DNA from: Alphaproteobacteria bacterium
Lineage (GTDB): Bacteria > Pseudomonadota > Alphaproteobacteria > SP197
DNA: 64,000 bases
Assembly: GCA_964291415.2 (NCBI GenBank)
Contig: OZ219920.1
Coordinates: 704,001-768,000, forward strand
Reading direction: 5' to 3'
Shown: positions 1 through 8,934 of the stretch, in pieces
Position numbering within the stretch: the first letter of the stretch is position 1
How the letters are laid out: every line of letters begins with the position of its first letter
The notes under the pieces: generated by a model
What the model was told of the DNA's origin: nothing
The model's input: only the letters and a program-made list of their open reading frames with translations
The model's database searches: none
Position numbers and translations under genes: made by a program

Positions 1-121
1 TGCCACCGATCCGTCACGTCGAAGACGACGGTTTTCCGGCGCTGAAGAACGTGTTCACTGACGCAGCTCGGCAATCGCCGGTCGGTGATGTCGGATCAGC
101 CGCCGAGCGTGGACGGCCCGC

Positions 122-589
122 TCAGGCCCGATCGAGGCGGATGACGCCGGCGCCTTCGAAGCGGCGCGTTCGGCACCAGTCGGCGAGCCCCTCGAGACCC
201 TCGTCGACCTGCCCGAAGATGACGAGCGTGTTGTCGCCCGAGGGCAGGCGGCATTGCGCCGTGCCGTAGGTCACGGTCAACTCGCCGAACTTGGGATCCC
301 AGCCCATGTCGCCGGGTCGCGGCAGGTGGACCGCGTTCTCCATTTGCCGGGCATCGAAGGTGTAGGCCCGGGTCGACATCACCATGTCGCCACTCCAGGC
401 GACGTGGACGACCGGAATCTCGAAGGGAAGGTGCCGGACGACCTCGGCGACGGTGCGCGGCGCGCCCTGATCATAGAGCGTTGCGATGGCCGAACCGCCT
501 TCGTAGACCAGGCGCACGCGAGTCGTGCCGCTGCGGAAATCGGTCCAGGTCTTTTCCCAGTACCAGGTCCTGGCGTCGGGCTCGCTCAT
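122..589 (-). CDS. DUF3830-family / cyclophilin-like fold protein
   Basis: 155 aa ORF with APRTV...LP...HVAWSG...PRPGD pattern typical of DUF3830; start overlaps the upstream gene's stop (ATGA). Confidence 0.6.
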   Translation of the reverse strand: MSEPDARTWYWEKTWTDFRSGTTRVRLVYEGGSAIATLYDQGAPRTVAEVVRHLPFEIPVVHVAWSGDMVMSTRAYTFDARQMENAVHLPRPGDMGWDPKFGELTVTYGTAQCRLPSGDNTLVIFGQVDEGLEGLADWCRTRRFEGAGVIRLDRA

Positions 590-894
590 GGCTGGCAGCC
601 TCCCGGAACCGCGCCGTAGACCTCGACGGTGGCGCTGACATGCGGCTCGAACTCCGCCCAGCCGCGTCGGGCGGCGAACTCCGCGCTCTCGAGCGCTTCA
701 GGCCGCTCGAGTGCGTAAAGCGCGATGTAGCGGCGTCCCTCGGCACTCTCGGCCTTGTAGCGGCGGCTCGCGATGAAGCCCGGGCAGGCCGTGATCTCGG
801 GCAGGTGCACGTCGTTGTACCAGCGGTTCCATGCGCTCTCGACCTCGACCGCCACCTGTGCGCGGACGACGAGCATGCAGTCGGGCAGGTCCAT
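586..894 (-). CDS. DUF4286/EthD-like dimeric alpha-beta barrel protein
   Basis: WNRWYNDVHLPEI..CPGF..SRRY motif; ATG at 894 preceded by AAGGAGAGG. Confidence 0.7.
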   Translation of the reverse strand: MDLPDCMLVVRAQVAVEVESAWNRWYNDVHLPEITACPGFIASRRYKAESAEGRRYIALYALERPEALESAEFAARRGWAEFEPHVSATVEVYGAVPGGCQP

Positions 895-1121
895 CCCGGG
901 CCTCTCCTTGTGGGTCACCACCTGGAGCGAGGCTGGCACGGCGGTCTTGCGATGTGCGTCCGGAAACGCCCGATTTCCGGCCACAGACGCCAGCCTTGCC
1001 GTGGCCGCGTTGACGGAAATGGAAAAATGCGGGAGCCTCGGCAGGACGATCGAGGGGGCCGGGGCTCCGCCGCGTCGTTCGAGCGAAGGGAATGCGTCTG
1101 GTGGCGGCGACAACGAGCGTC

Positions 1122-2117
1122 ATGTCGTCCTGGGACAAGAGGCCCGTATCGAGCCCGCGACGTTACGCGTTCCTTCTGGTCCCCGATTTTCCCCTGATGT
1201 CCTTCTCCTCGGTCGTGGCGGTGTTGCGCACGGCCAACTGGATCAGCGGACGGACGCTCTACGACTGGATCGTGTTGACGACCGACGGCGGGCCGGTGAC
1301 CGCGGGCACCGGGCTCACCCTGATGGCCGACGCGGCGATAGACGACGTCGAGCCTCCTGCGCTGATCCTGGTCGGCGCGGGCATCGGCGGCTGGTCCTAT
1401 CAGGATGCGCGAACCTTTGCCTGGCTGCGCGGCCTCGGCCGCCGCGGCGCCGTGATAGGCGCCTTCGAGACCGGCAGCTGGCTACTCGCGCGGGCGGGCG
1501 TGCTGCGTGGTCATCGCTGCACGGTCCACTGGGAGGACATTGCGAACTTCCGGGAGAGCTTTCCCGACATCGAGGTCACGGACAGTCTCTACGAGATCGA
1601 CGGGCGTCGCGTCACCTGCTCGGGCGGCTCCGCGGCGCTCGACCTGATGCTTCATCTGGTTGCGAACGACCACGGCCAGGACTTGGCCGGGGCGATCGCC
1701 GAAGCATTTTTCCACGATCAGGTGCGGGACGGCGACCGCCACCAGCGCATCAGTCTCGACAAGCGCATGGGCATCGACGACGACCGGCTGCTCGCCGCCG
1801 TGCTGGCCATGGAGCAGCACATCGAGGATCCCCTGTCACTGCAGCAGATCAGCCGTGTCTGCAAGGTTCCCATGCGCAGCCTGGAACGTCTGTTCAAGAT
1901 GCACCTGGGATGCGCGCCGAGTGCCTACTATCGCGACCTGCGCCTGAAGACCGCACGGCGCATGCTGCTGCACGGCTCGGAATCAATTCTCGACGTGGCG
2001 CTCGCCACGGGCTTCGTCTCGGCCTCGCACTTCGCGCGCTGCTATCGGTCGGCCTACGGCCGGTCGCCCCGCGACGACCGCATCCGCATGGGCATGCGCA
2101 GGCCGCTGTTGCCCTGA
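1122..2117 (+). CDS. GlxA-family transcriptional regulator (DJ-1/amidase-like domain plus AraC HTH; GbdR/CdhR-like)
   Basis: FPLMSF, G.WLLARAG.L, TVHWE, TCSGG.AALDL, then C-terminal AraC HTH (LERLF...VALATGF.SASHFARCY). Confidence 0.9.
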   Translation: MSSWDKRPVSSPRRYAFLLVPDFPLMSFSSVVAVLRTANWISGRTLYDWIVLTTDGGPVTAGTGLTLMADAAIDDVEPPALILVGAGIGGWSYQDARTFAWLRGLGRRGAVIGAFETGSWLLARAGVLRGHRCTVHWEDIANFRESFPDIEVTDSLYEIDGRRVTCSGGSAALDLMLHLVANDHGQDLAGAIAEAFFHDQVRDGDRHQRISLDKRMGIDDDRLLAAVLAMEQHIEDPLSLQQISRVCKVPMRSLERLFKMHLGCAPSAYYRDLRLKTARRMLLHGSESILDVALATGFVSASHFARCYRSAYGRSPRDDRIRMGMRRPLLP

Positions 2118-2130
2118 GGATGCCGCCCGA

Positions 2131-3117
2131 TCACTTCGCGGCAGCGCTTTCGGCCTCGTCGAGCACGACCTCCTCGATGGCGTACTGCCCGCCGGCCTTG
2201 ACTGTGATGCGACAGCCCTTGCCGATGCGATAGTCGATCAGGCATGGGCACAGGTAACCCGGCAGGGCGGGGCCCAGGTCGTCGAAGCGGGTCAGGAAAC
2301 GGTTGCCGTGCTGGTGCCCGAACAGCACGGCGAACCTCTGATCCGGCCGCCGTGCCGAGGCCGTGTCCACAATGGCGGCCAGCGCTCGGGCCGCCGCGGG
2401 TTCGAACTGGGTCGTCCTGCCGTCACCGCCGTAGGGGTCATGCGCGAATGCGCGGTGTGGACCGTGATGCATGGCGAGGAAGACCACGGGTTCGGTTGCT
2501 GCGGCGAGCTCCGCCTCGATCCAGGCAAGGGTCCCGGGCAGCAGGGTTCCCGTGTAGCACCAGTGCAACGCATCGGCGCCGAGGCTGCTGTCGACCAGGA
2601 TGAAGCGAGCCCTTGCCTTGCCGTCCTCGAGGACGACACTGCGATTGAAAGGGCTGCCCGCCTGCCAGGGTTGGTCGCCCGACTCGAGGAGGCGGGCGAG
2701 TTCGTCTCGCGGCAGCGCCATGACGTCGTGGTTTCCGATCGTCAGCTCCCGCCGCACGCCGGGTTCGATAGCGCGCCAACCCTCCATGAAGTGCTGCAGG
2801 TGGCGCCGGGCATCGTAGTCCTCGTAGGGCCAGGGATGGGGCAGGCGCCCGGCATAGGCCGCAAGTTCGCCGCGGTGGGCCAGCACATGGCGGCGCCACA
2901 GCGTCTGGCTGTCGATGATGTCGCCTGTGCAGAGCGCAAGGCGGGGGCGTTCGGTGTTCACACGCTCGACGAAGGAGGCCAGCCGGCGCGGGCCACGCCA
3001 CATGTTGAGCACGCCGTGGCGTATGCCGTCGGCCTCCCCGGGCCCGTCGCGCGCGTCCGACAGAAGATGCAGATCGGTCATCCACAATATGGTGAAACGA
3101 TCGTCCACGGCCGACAC
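2131..3117 (-). CDS. calcineurin-like metallophosphoesterase
   Basis: All five motifs present: TDLH, GDIID, GNHD, MHH, GHQH; start codon (GTG) uncertain. Confidence 0.8.
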   Translation of the reverse strand: MSAVDDRFTILWMTDLHLLSDARDGPGEADGIRHGVLNMWRGPRRLASFVERVNTERPRLALCTGDIIDSQTLWRRHVLAHRGELAAYAGRLPHPWPYEDYDARRHLQHFMEGWRAIEPGVRRELTIGNHDVMALPRDELARLLESGDQPWQAGSPFNRSVVLEDGKARARFILVDSSLGADALHWCYTGTLLPGTLAWIEAELAAATEPVVFLAMHHGPHRAFAHDPYGGDGRTTQFEPAAARALAAIVDTASARRPDQRFAVLFGHQHGNRFLTRFDDLGPALPGYLCPCLIDYRIGKGCRITVKAGGQYAIEEVVLDEAESAAAK

Positions 3118-3121
3118 GCCG

Positions 3122-3976
3122 CTACCAGAGCGAGCCGCCGGCGATCGTGATGTTCTCGCCCGTGATGCCGCGCGCGCCGTCGCCGCACAGGAAGGCAATG
3201 GCGGCGCCGACCTCCTCGGCGGTGATGTGCCTCCGCTGCGGCAACCGAGCAGCGCTCTCATCGAGGAACGCCTCGACTCCCGTGTCGAGCCCCCGCTGAT
3301 GGATCAGGCTCTCCACGGCTCGCCGCGATTGCTGCGTATCGACGTGGCCGGGGCTCACGGCGTTGCAGGTCACACCGCAGGTTGCGCCTTCCAGCGCGAT
3401 GCAGCGCATGAGGCCGAGCAGTCCGGCCTTGGAGGCGCCGCGCGCCGCGCCGCCATCCTTCTCGCCGACGCTCGCGGCGGTCGAGGCCACGATGACGATG
3501 CGCCCCCAGCTGCGCGCAACCATCCCGGGGAACACGGCGCGCAAGGTGCGGAACGGTCCGGAGAGATTGATGTTGATCACGCGGTCCCAGAACGCGGTGG
3601 TGTGGCCGACCATCGGCATGCGACCGCCCATACCGGCGGTGTGGACCAGGATGTCGACCGGGCCCAGTGCCTTGACGACCGCGGCGTGATGGCTCGCGAC
3701 GCTCTCCTCGTTGCCGGTGTCGAGCGGCATCGCCAGGGCTCTCACACCCGCGGCCTCGATCAGCCGTCGTGCCTCGTCAAGGGTCTCCTCGCTGACGTCG
3801 AGAGTCGATTCGGGGCCGACGCGCTCGCCCATCAGCCCGCGGGTAAGCGAGCCCACGGCGACGTCCGCGCCGCGCCGCGCGAGCGCGAGTGCCGTCGCGC
3901 GGCCGATCCCTGTAGCGCCGCCGGGCACCCAGGCGACCCGACCGCAGAGCATGTCTCCGGCATCCGTTGCTGCCAT
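3122..3976 (-). CDS. SDR-family oxidoreductase (atypical, YxxxK reads RGASK)
   Basis: GGATGIG Rossmann motif, VDILV..AG, WGRIV, VTCNAVSPG; AGGAGGAG RBS. Confidence 0.85.
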   Translation of the reverse strand: MAATDAGDMLCGRVAWVPGGATGIGRATALALARRGADVAVGSLTRGLMGERVGPESTLDVSEETLDEARRLIEAAGVRALAMPLDTGNEESVASHHAAVVKALGPVDILVHTAGMGGRMPMVGHTTAFWDRVININLSGPFRTLRAVFPGMVARSWGRIVIVASTAASVGEKDGGAARGASKAGLLGLMRCIALEGATCGVTCNAVSPGHVDTQQSRRAVESLIHQRGLDTGVEAFLDESAARLPQRRHITAEEVGAAIAFLCGDGARGITGENITIAGGSLW

Positions 3977-4157
3977 TCTCCTCCTTTCGCACCGCCGTGA
4001 ATTGAACGGATCCGGTGGCGCCTTCCACCGGGCTCCGGCGATGCTCGCGTTGCTTCCCGGTGCACGGTTGAGAGGGTTTCGATCTTGTTGAAGACCGGCG
4101 TGGTCGCGACCCCGACAGGCAAGGGAACACTTGAAGGCGGAGAGCCGGCCCCTGGCA

Positions 4158-6365
4158 TCAGCCCTCCGGCATGGTGAAGGGCGTGGGGTTGCGGAAGCGG
4201 TCGAGCACGTTGCGGGTGATGCGCGAGACGTTGTTCACGCCCCCGTTCCACGGCAGGCTCGAGATCCACGAGATCGAGCCGGTCGAGAAGACGGCGCCGC
4301 CGCCTTCGGTCTCGAAGAAGACGAGGTCCGAGCGCACCTTGTCGTTCTCCGTGCCGCCCAGCATCAGGTGGGTGGAACGGTAGTCCTCGGCCACCAGCAG
4401 CATGTTGTCGCTGTGGCCTTCCGAGCTGGCCAGCACGAGCGCATGCGGCGGGCTGCCGAGCGCGAGATCGTGACGGTCAATCTCCTGGCCCGAGGCGCCG
4501 TTGCCGGCAAAGCCGAAATCGCCGATTCGCTCGTCACAGACACCGTCGAAGATCCACGCTGCCCGTGGATCCTCACAGCCTGGCCGACGTACATAGTAGG
4601 TGCCGCGGTCGAATCCCTGGGCCGCCATTCCGACGCCGACCAGCGAGTTGGGCGTGCGACCGACCCGGCGCCACAGGCCGGAGAGCTCGCCGGTCGAGGC
4701 CAGGTGATACTCGCCGGGTTGGGCCTCCCAGGGACGGCATCCGTCCTCGGCACGGCGTACCTCGATGGCGCCCGGCAGGCCGTCGCTCATGCCGATGCGC
4801 CAGTAAAAGCCGTTGCCGCCCAGGTACATGAGGCGGCCGCCGTCAACGAGCCACCGCTGCAGGCCGTCCCACATCGGCGTCGACCAGTACTCCGGGTGGT
4901 TGCCGGTGAGAACGACCCTGTACGGCGCGAGCAACTCGGCCCCTTCGTGGTGGAGATCCTCGTCGGTGACAACATCGACCTCAACGCCGAGGTGATCGAG
5001 CCACCATGTGAGGTAGCCGTCGCCGGCAAACTGCCAGCGCGGCGTGTCGGGGCGCATGGAGACCAGAGGGCGCAAGCGCGAAGAGAGCGCGACGCCGCTG
5101 CCGTCGGTGTGACTCTCGTAGAGCGAGCCGCCGTATTCGGGATGTTCGGCGAGGAAGATGTCTTCCGGACCCGCGACGAGCAGCGCGCCCTGGAAGGCCT
5201 CGTAGGTCGCCGAGCACTCCATGACGCGGTAGTTGCCATAGGCCAGGTAGGTTGCGGTGGAGGCCAGAAAGCAGACGTCCGAGGTCGCCGTCCCGCGTCG
5301 CGGGCGGACCCAGAAGACGACATGATCGGAGATGCCGCCGTCGTCGAGCTTCGCGGCATAGACGCCCGACGCCGTGCCCTCCGGCACGACCCAGGAGAGG
5401 TCGGTCTGCCAGCCGGCGTCGAAGATGTCGTCGTCGTGGAAGTGGATGGCGCCGTACTGCTCCGGCGCGCGGCGCCAATCGAAGATGTCGGCGGTCCAGT
5501 TGTGGCCGGTCATGGCGCGGCCCGGCGCGTTGACCGTGCGGCCGTGGCGGCCGTGGCCGGAGATGTCGGTGATACGGTCACCCGCCATGTCGCGGGCAAA
5601 GTCCCAGGCGGCGGTGACGCCGGTCGTCAGTGCGTCTGGCACCTCGGCGCCGGCGAGTGCGGCGGCCTCGTCGGGCGAAAGGGCGCCTGAGGCGACGCGG
5701 GGCCGGTCAATCTTGCCGTTGAAGTGGCCGGCCATGGCGTCGGCCGCGGGACCATGGGCGGCGATGGTGAAGCGCCCGTCGGCGGTCGGGAGTCTGACCG
5801 ACACGTCGGCCTCGGCGACGACGGATGTGTCGCTGCCGGACTCCGACGACAGCAGAGTCTGGCGCAGCGTGACCTTGCCGTTGTTGCAGGCGGCGACAAT
5901 CTCCACCCATTGCCGGACCTTCAGGGGACGCCCGGTCGAGACCAGCGCGTTGCCCAGCCTGAGCGTGGGCGCACCGGCTTCGTCGAGACCCAGCAGGATG
6001 TCGGGACCCGTGTCGGTGGCGCGACCCATCACGGTCTGCCAGCGGCCGTGGAGCAAGGTCGGCCAGATGAAAGCCAGGAGCGTGAACGACGGGCCGAGCG
6101 GCAGGTCGTCGACCACGACATAGGAGCCGGCATGGATCCGCTGGCGCCGTGCCGGGTAGCCGCCGTTGCACGATGCCTCGACTGGGTGCTCGACGATGCC
6201 GGGGCCCAGGGCATGGGTGTCGGTGCTCGTCAGGCGCACGATGGTTGTCGTGTAACTCTCGGCGGCACCTTCCTCGCTCACCTTGACGGAAATCGTCTCA
6301 CCCGGCGCGACGCTGAAGCGGTCGGCATAGCCGACGATGGTCTTCTTCTTCACGATGACGGCCAT
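4158..6365 (-). CDS. N,N-dimethylformamidase large subunit-like protein
   Basis: IVGYADRFSVAPGETI start, LamG-like segment (HFNGKIDRP), YGAIHFHDDD, TYLAYGN, GNHPEYWS, GGRLMYLGGNGFYW, GGAVFSTGSI. Confidence 0.88.
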   Translation of the reverse strand: MAVIVKKKTIVGYADRFSVAPGETISVKVSEEGAAESYTTTIVRLTSTDTHALGPGIVEHPVEASCNGGYPARRQRIHAGSYVVVDDLPLGPSFTLLAFIWPTLLHGRWQTVMGRATDTGPDILLGLDEAGAPTLRLGNALVSTGRPLKVRQWVEIVAACNNGKVTLRQTLLSSESGSDTSVVAEADVSVRLPTADGRFTIAAHGPAADAMAGHFNGKIDRPRVASGALSPDEAAALAGAEVPDALTTGVTAAWDFARDMAGDRITDISGHGRHGRTVNAPGRAMTGHNWTADIFDWRRAPEQYGAIHFHDDDIFDAGWQTDLSWVVPEGTASGVYAAKLDDGGISDHVVFWVRPRRGTATSDVCFLASTATYLAYGNYRVMECSATYEAFQGALLVAGPEDIFLAEHPEYGGSLYESHTDGSGVALSSRLRPLVSMRPDTPRWQFAGDGYLTWWLDHLGVEVDVVTDEDLHHEGAELLAPYRVVLTGNHPEYWSTPMWDGLQRWLVDGGRLMYLGGNGFYWRIGMSDGLPGAIEVRRAEDGCRPWEAQPGEYHLASTGELSGLWRRVGRTPNSLVGVGMAAQGFDRGTYYVRRPGCEDPRAAWIFDGVCDERIGDFGFAGNGASGQEIDRHDLALGSPPHALVLASSEGHSDNMLLVAEDYRSTHLMLGGTENDKVRSDLVFFETEGGGAVFSTGSISWISSLPWNGGVNNVSRITRNVLDRFRNPTPFTMPEG

Positions 6366-6667
6366 TCCAGGTCGCGTCCCGTGATCTGCTTCCAGCGCAG
6401 GCGGAAGACGTGCCGCTCGGCTTCCACAAAATCGGAAAAGACGACGTCCTCGTGCAGGGTCGGTGGGACATCGCGGCTGCCGCTCAGTTGCATGAGCATC
6501 CATTCGCGGCCGGGACGGCTCTTGTAGAGCGCGTACTTTCCGGTCACAGGACCGCCGCGCATGGCGCGCAGCAGGCGCTGGAGGTTGGGACTGTGGAAAC
6601 CGTCGGGCGCGGCCATGAATTCGCCGGCAAGCGGCAGGTCGCGGTCCGGGTCGATGCGGTAAGGCAT
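6350..6667 (-). CDS. N,N-dimethylformamidase small subunit-like protein
   Basis: 105 aa, EF...P.G.HSP.LQRLL..MRG...GKY...EAERHVFRLRW; overlaps the large-subunit start. Confidence 0.8.
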   Translation of the reverse strand: MPYRIDPDRDLPLAGEFMAAPDGFHSPNLQRLLRAMRGGPVTGKYALYKSRPGREWMLMQLSGSRDVPPTLHEDVVFSDFVEAERHVFRLRWKQITGRDLEWPSS

Positions 6668-6689
6668 GTCCAATCCCTTGGTCCAGGTC

Positions 6690-7058
6690 GCTCGCAGACC
6701 TTGCGGCCGGGTCATGGCGGGCAAGCGTCCGCACGCGCCAAGAATGCGCCCCTCGCCGCAGAACCGTCACAGGCCGTTCGGGGCGCACCGCAACCTGGCG
6801 GCGCCAGACCCGCTTCCTGCGACGCCGGACACGGACATGAAGGTCGAGCCGCGGGCTTCCACTCGGACGACCGGAGTGCCGTCGTGGCCGCCGGTGCCGC
6901 AGGTCAAGGGACATGTCGGCGAGGTCGACGACGTCCCCGAAGGCGCCGGCGATGCCAAGGAGCGGGCCGCGCAGGCTGCCCGTGCGGCCTTCGGCGACGC
7001 ACGCTTCTGCCTTTGCCCGCGGGTGATCGCCGGCATGTGTGAGGGCGCGGTCGGTCAT
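6690..7058 (-). pseudogene. collapsed amidase-family relic
   Basis: Amidase-like fragments in order across shifting frames: LRGPLLGI...DVVD..DM, LTCGT..DGTPVVRVEARG, SGSGAA, PNGL. Confidence 0.5.
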
Positions 7059-7065
7059 GGCCACG

Positions 7066-8478
7066 TTACAGCGGCGGGCGGTGAGCAGGCCAGCCCAATG
7101 CCATCTCGAGCGCCTGACCGATGCGCAGCACCATGTTGTCGTCGTGGCGCCGGCCGACGATCTGGACCGCCGTGGGCAGGCCGTTGCCGGTGAACCCCGA
7201 GGGCACGGAGAATGCCGGCACCTGGCTTGTGAAGTTGAAGAACTGCGACATGAAGTGGCCGTGGTAGCGCCCCTCGTCGTCGACCCAGTCGAAATCTGTC
7301 TCGGACTGGCTCAGGAGCGGCGCCGGGCCACCCTGGGTCGGGCACAGCAGCGCATCGTGGCGAGCGAGCACCGGCGCGAGCGCCTGCCACGTCTTCGTGC
7401 GGGCGATCTCGAATCGTTTCACGTCCGTGCCGCTGTAGCCTGTGCCGCGCTCGACCATGGCCGCGACCCGCGGCGTCACGCGATCCGGATGCTGCCGGAC
7501 AATGTCGCCCTGCAGCAGTGCGGCGAGCGAGCCGACATCGGCCTCACAGGCGTAGATCGCCTGGCGGTCGAAGACGAGATCGACCTCCTCGATGATGGCG
7601 CCACGCTCTGCGAGCGCGGCGGCGGCGGCGCGCAGGCGGTGCTCGACCTCGGCGTCGACGTGGAAGAAGCCGAAGTCGATGTTGAGAGCGACCTTCAGCC
7701 CCCGGACGTTCCCGGGCGGCGGCACCGGCACGTCGAGGCGCGGCGTCAGCGACTGGATGTCGGCGTCGTCGGGCCCGTTGGCGACCTCGAGGAAGAGCGC
7801 CGCGTCGGCCACGGTGCGGGCGAGTGGCCCAAAGTGAAAGACGGTCGAGAACTGGGTCGGAAAGATGTCGAAGGGGATGCGCCCGAAGCTCGGCTTGAGG
7901 CCCGCAATGCCGCAGCAGGCAGCGGGGTCGCGCACCGAGCCGCCGCCGTCCGAACCTTCGGCGAGCGGCACGCAGCCCGCTGCGACCGCCGCCGCCGAGC
8001 CGCCCGAGGAGCCGCCCGGACTGTGCTCGAGCGACCAGGGGTTGCGGGTCTCGCCGTGAAGTTCGTTCCGCGTGAAGCCGGAGTAAGCGAACTCCGGCGT
8101 GTTGGTCTTGCCGACCATGATCGCACCGGCTTCGAACAGGCGGCGGGCGACCACGGCGTCGTGCTCGCCGACGTGGCCGGCGAAGACGCGGGAGCCGAAG
8201 GTGGTGGGAAAGCCCGCGGTCGGCGTCAGATCCTTGATCGCGACCGGCACACCGTGGAGCGGTCCACGCAGCATGCCGCGCCGCGCTTCGTTCTCGAGCA
8301 TCCGCGCCCGTTCGAGTGCGCGCTCCGGGAAGACCGAGCAGAAGGCGTTGATCATCGGATTGACCTCGTCGATGCGGGCGAGGGCGTTTGTCACCAGGTC
8401 GACGGGCGAAAGCCTGCGGCGCGCGACGAGCCGGGCGAGGTCGAGCGCCGGGGTGAAGCAGAGATCCGAATCGCTCAT
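7066..8478 (-). CDS. amidase signature family amidase
   Basis: GPLHGVPVAIKD, GKTNTPEF, TRNPW, PGGSSGGSAAAVA, GSDGGGSVR; Ser-cisSer-Lys triad intact. Confidence 0.93.
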   Translation of the reverse strand: MSDSDLCFTPALDLARLVARRRLSPVDLVTNALARIDEVNPMINAFCSVFPERALERARMLENEARRGMLRGPLHGVPVAIKDLTPTAGFPTTFGSRVFAGHVGEHDAVVARRLFEAGAIMVGKTNTPEFAYSGFTRNELHGETRNPWSLEHSPGGSSGGSAAAVAAGCVPLAEGSDGGGSVRDPAACCGIAGLKPSFGRIPFDIFPTQFSTVFHFGPLARTVADAALFLEVANGPDDADIQSLTPRLDVPVPPPGNVRGLKVALNIDFGFFHVDAEVEHRLRAAAAALAERGAIIEEVDLVFDRQAIYACEADVGSLAALLQGDIVRQHPDRVTPRVAAMVERGTGYSGTDVKRFEIARTKTWQALAPVLARHDALLCPTQGGPAPLLSQSETDFDWVDDEGRYHGHFMSQFFNFTSQVPAFSVPSGFTGNGLPTAVQIVGRRHDDNMVLRIGQALEMALGWPAHRPPL

Positions 8479-8934
8479 CCCGTTCGGTTCCCGGTCTGGC
8501 GCATGTGCGAAGTCCGGTTGTGGACCTCCGCCTCGATGGCGAACTCGGCACCCGCCGGCGCGAACTCAACGCTGCCTTGACGTTCCCCGCCGCGGACCGG
8601 CCTCGCCATGTTGGGCCCCTTGCGCGAGACGACATGGGACCGAATGGGGGTCATGCCATGGCCCGGCTCGCTCGTGGCATTGGAGCCGTGGGTGGTTCGA
8701 TGGCGCGGAACGGGAAAACGAACCCGCGGTCGGCGAATCGCTGGGCGAGGGGCGCCAGGGTCATGTCGTTGGGGGGCCTCCTTCGGAAGGTTGCGGCAAG
8801 CGCAACAGGACGCACCCGCCACCGGAGACTATGCCTGCGCCAGTCAACGATGCAATTGCGCCCGCCTGGCCCGGCAGGCTTGACCGTGTCGCCGACAGCC
8901 GTGGTACCTATCACGACCGGCTTGGGGAAGGACA

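Noticed and set aside
1-120. Possible 3' end of a plus-strand gene at the window start
   Set aside because: Too short and without motifs to call
4158-7064. 968 aa ORF suggesting a DMFase large subunit with a 230 aa N-terminal extension
   Set aside because: The extension overlaps the small-subunit gene in another frame, is Arg-rich nonsense, and begins in the amidase relic; family similarity starts at MAVIVKK (6365)
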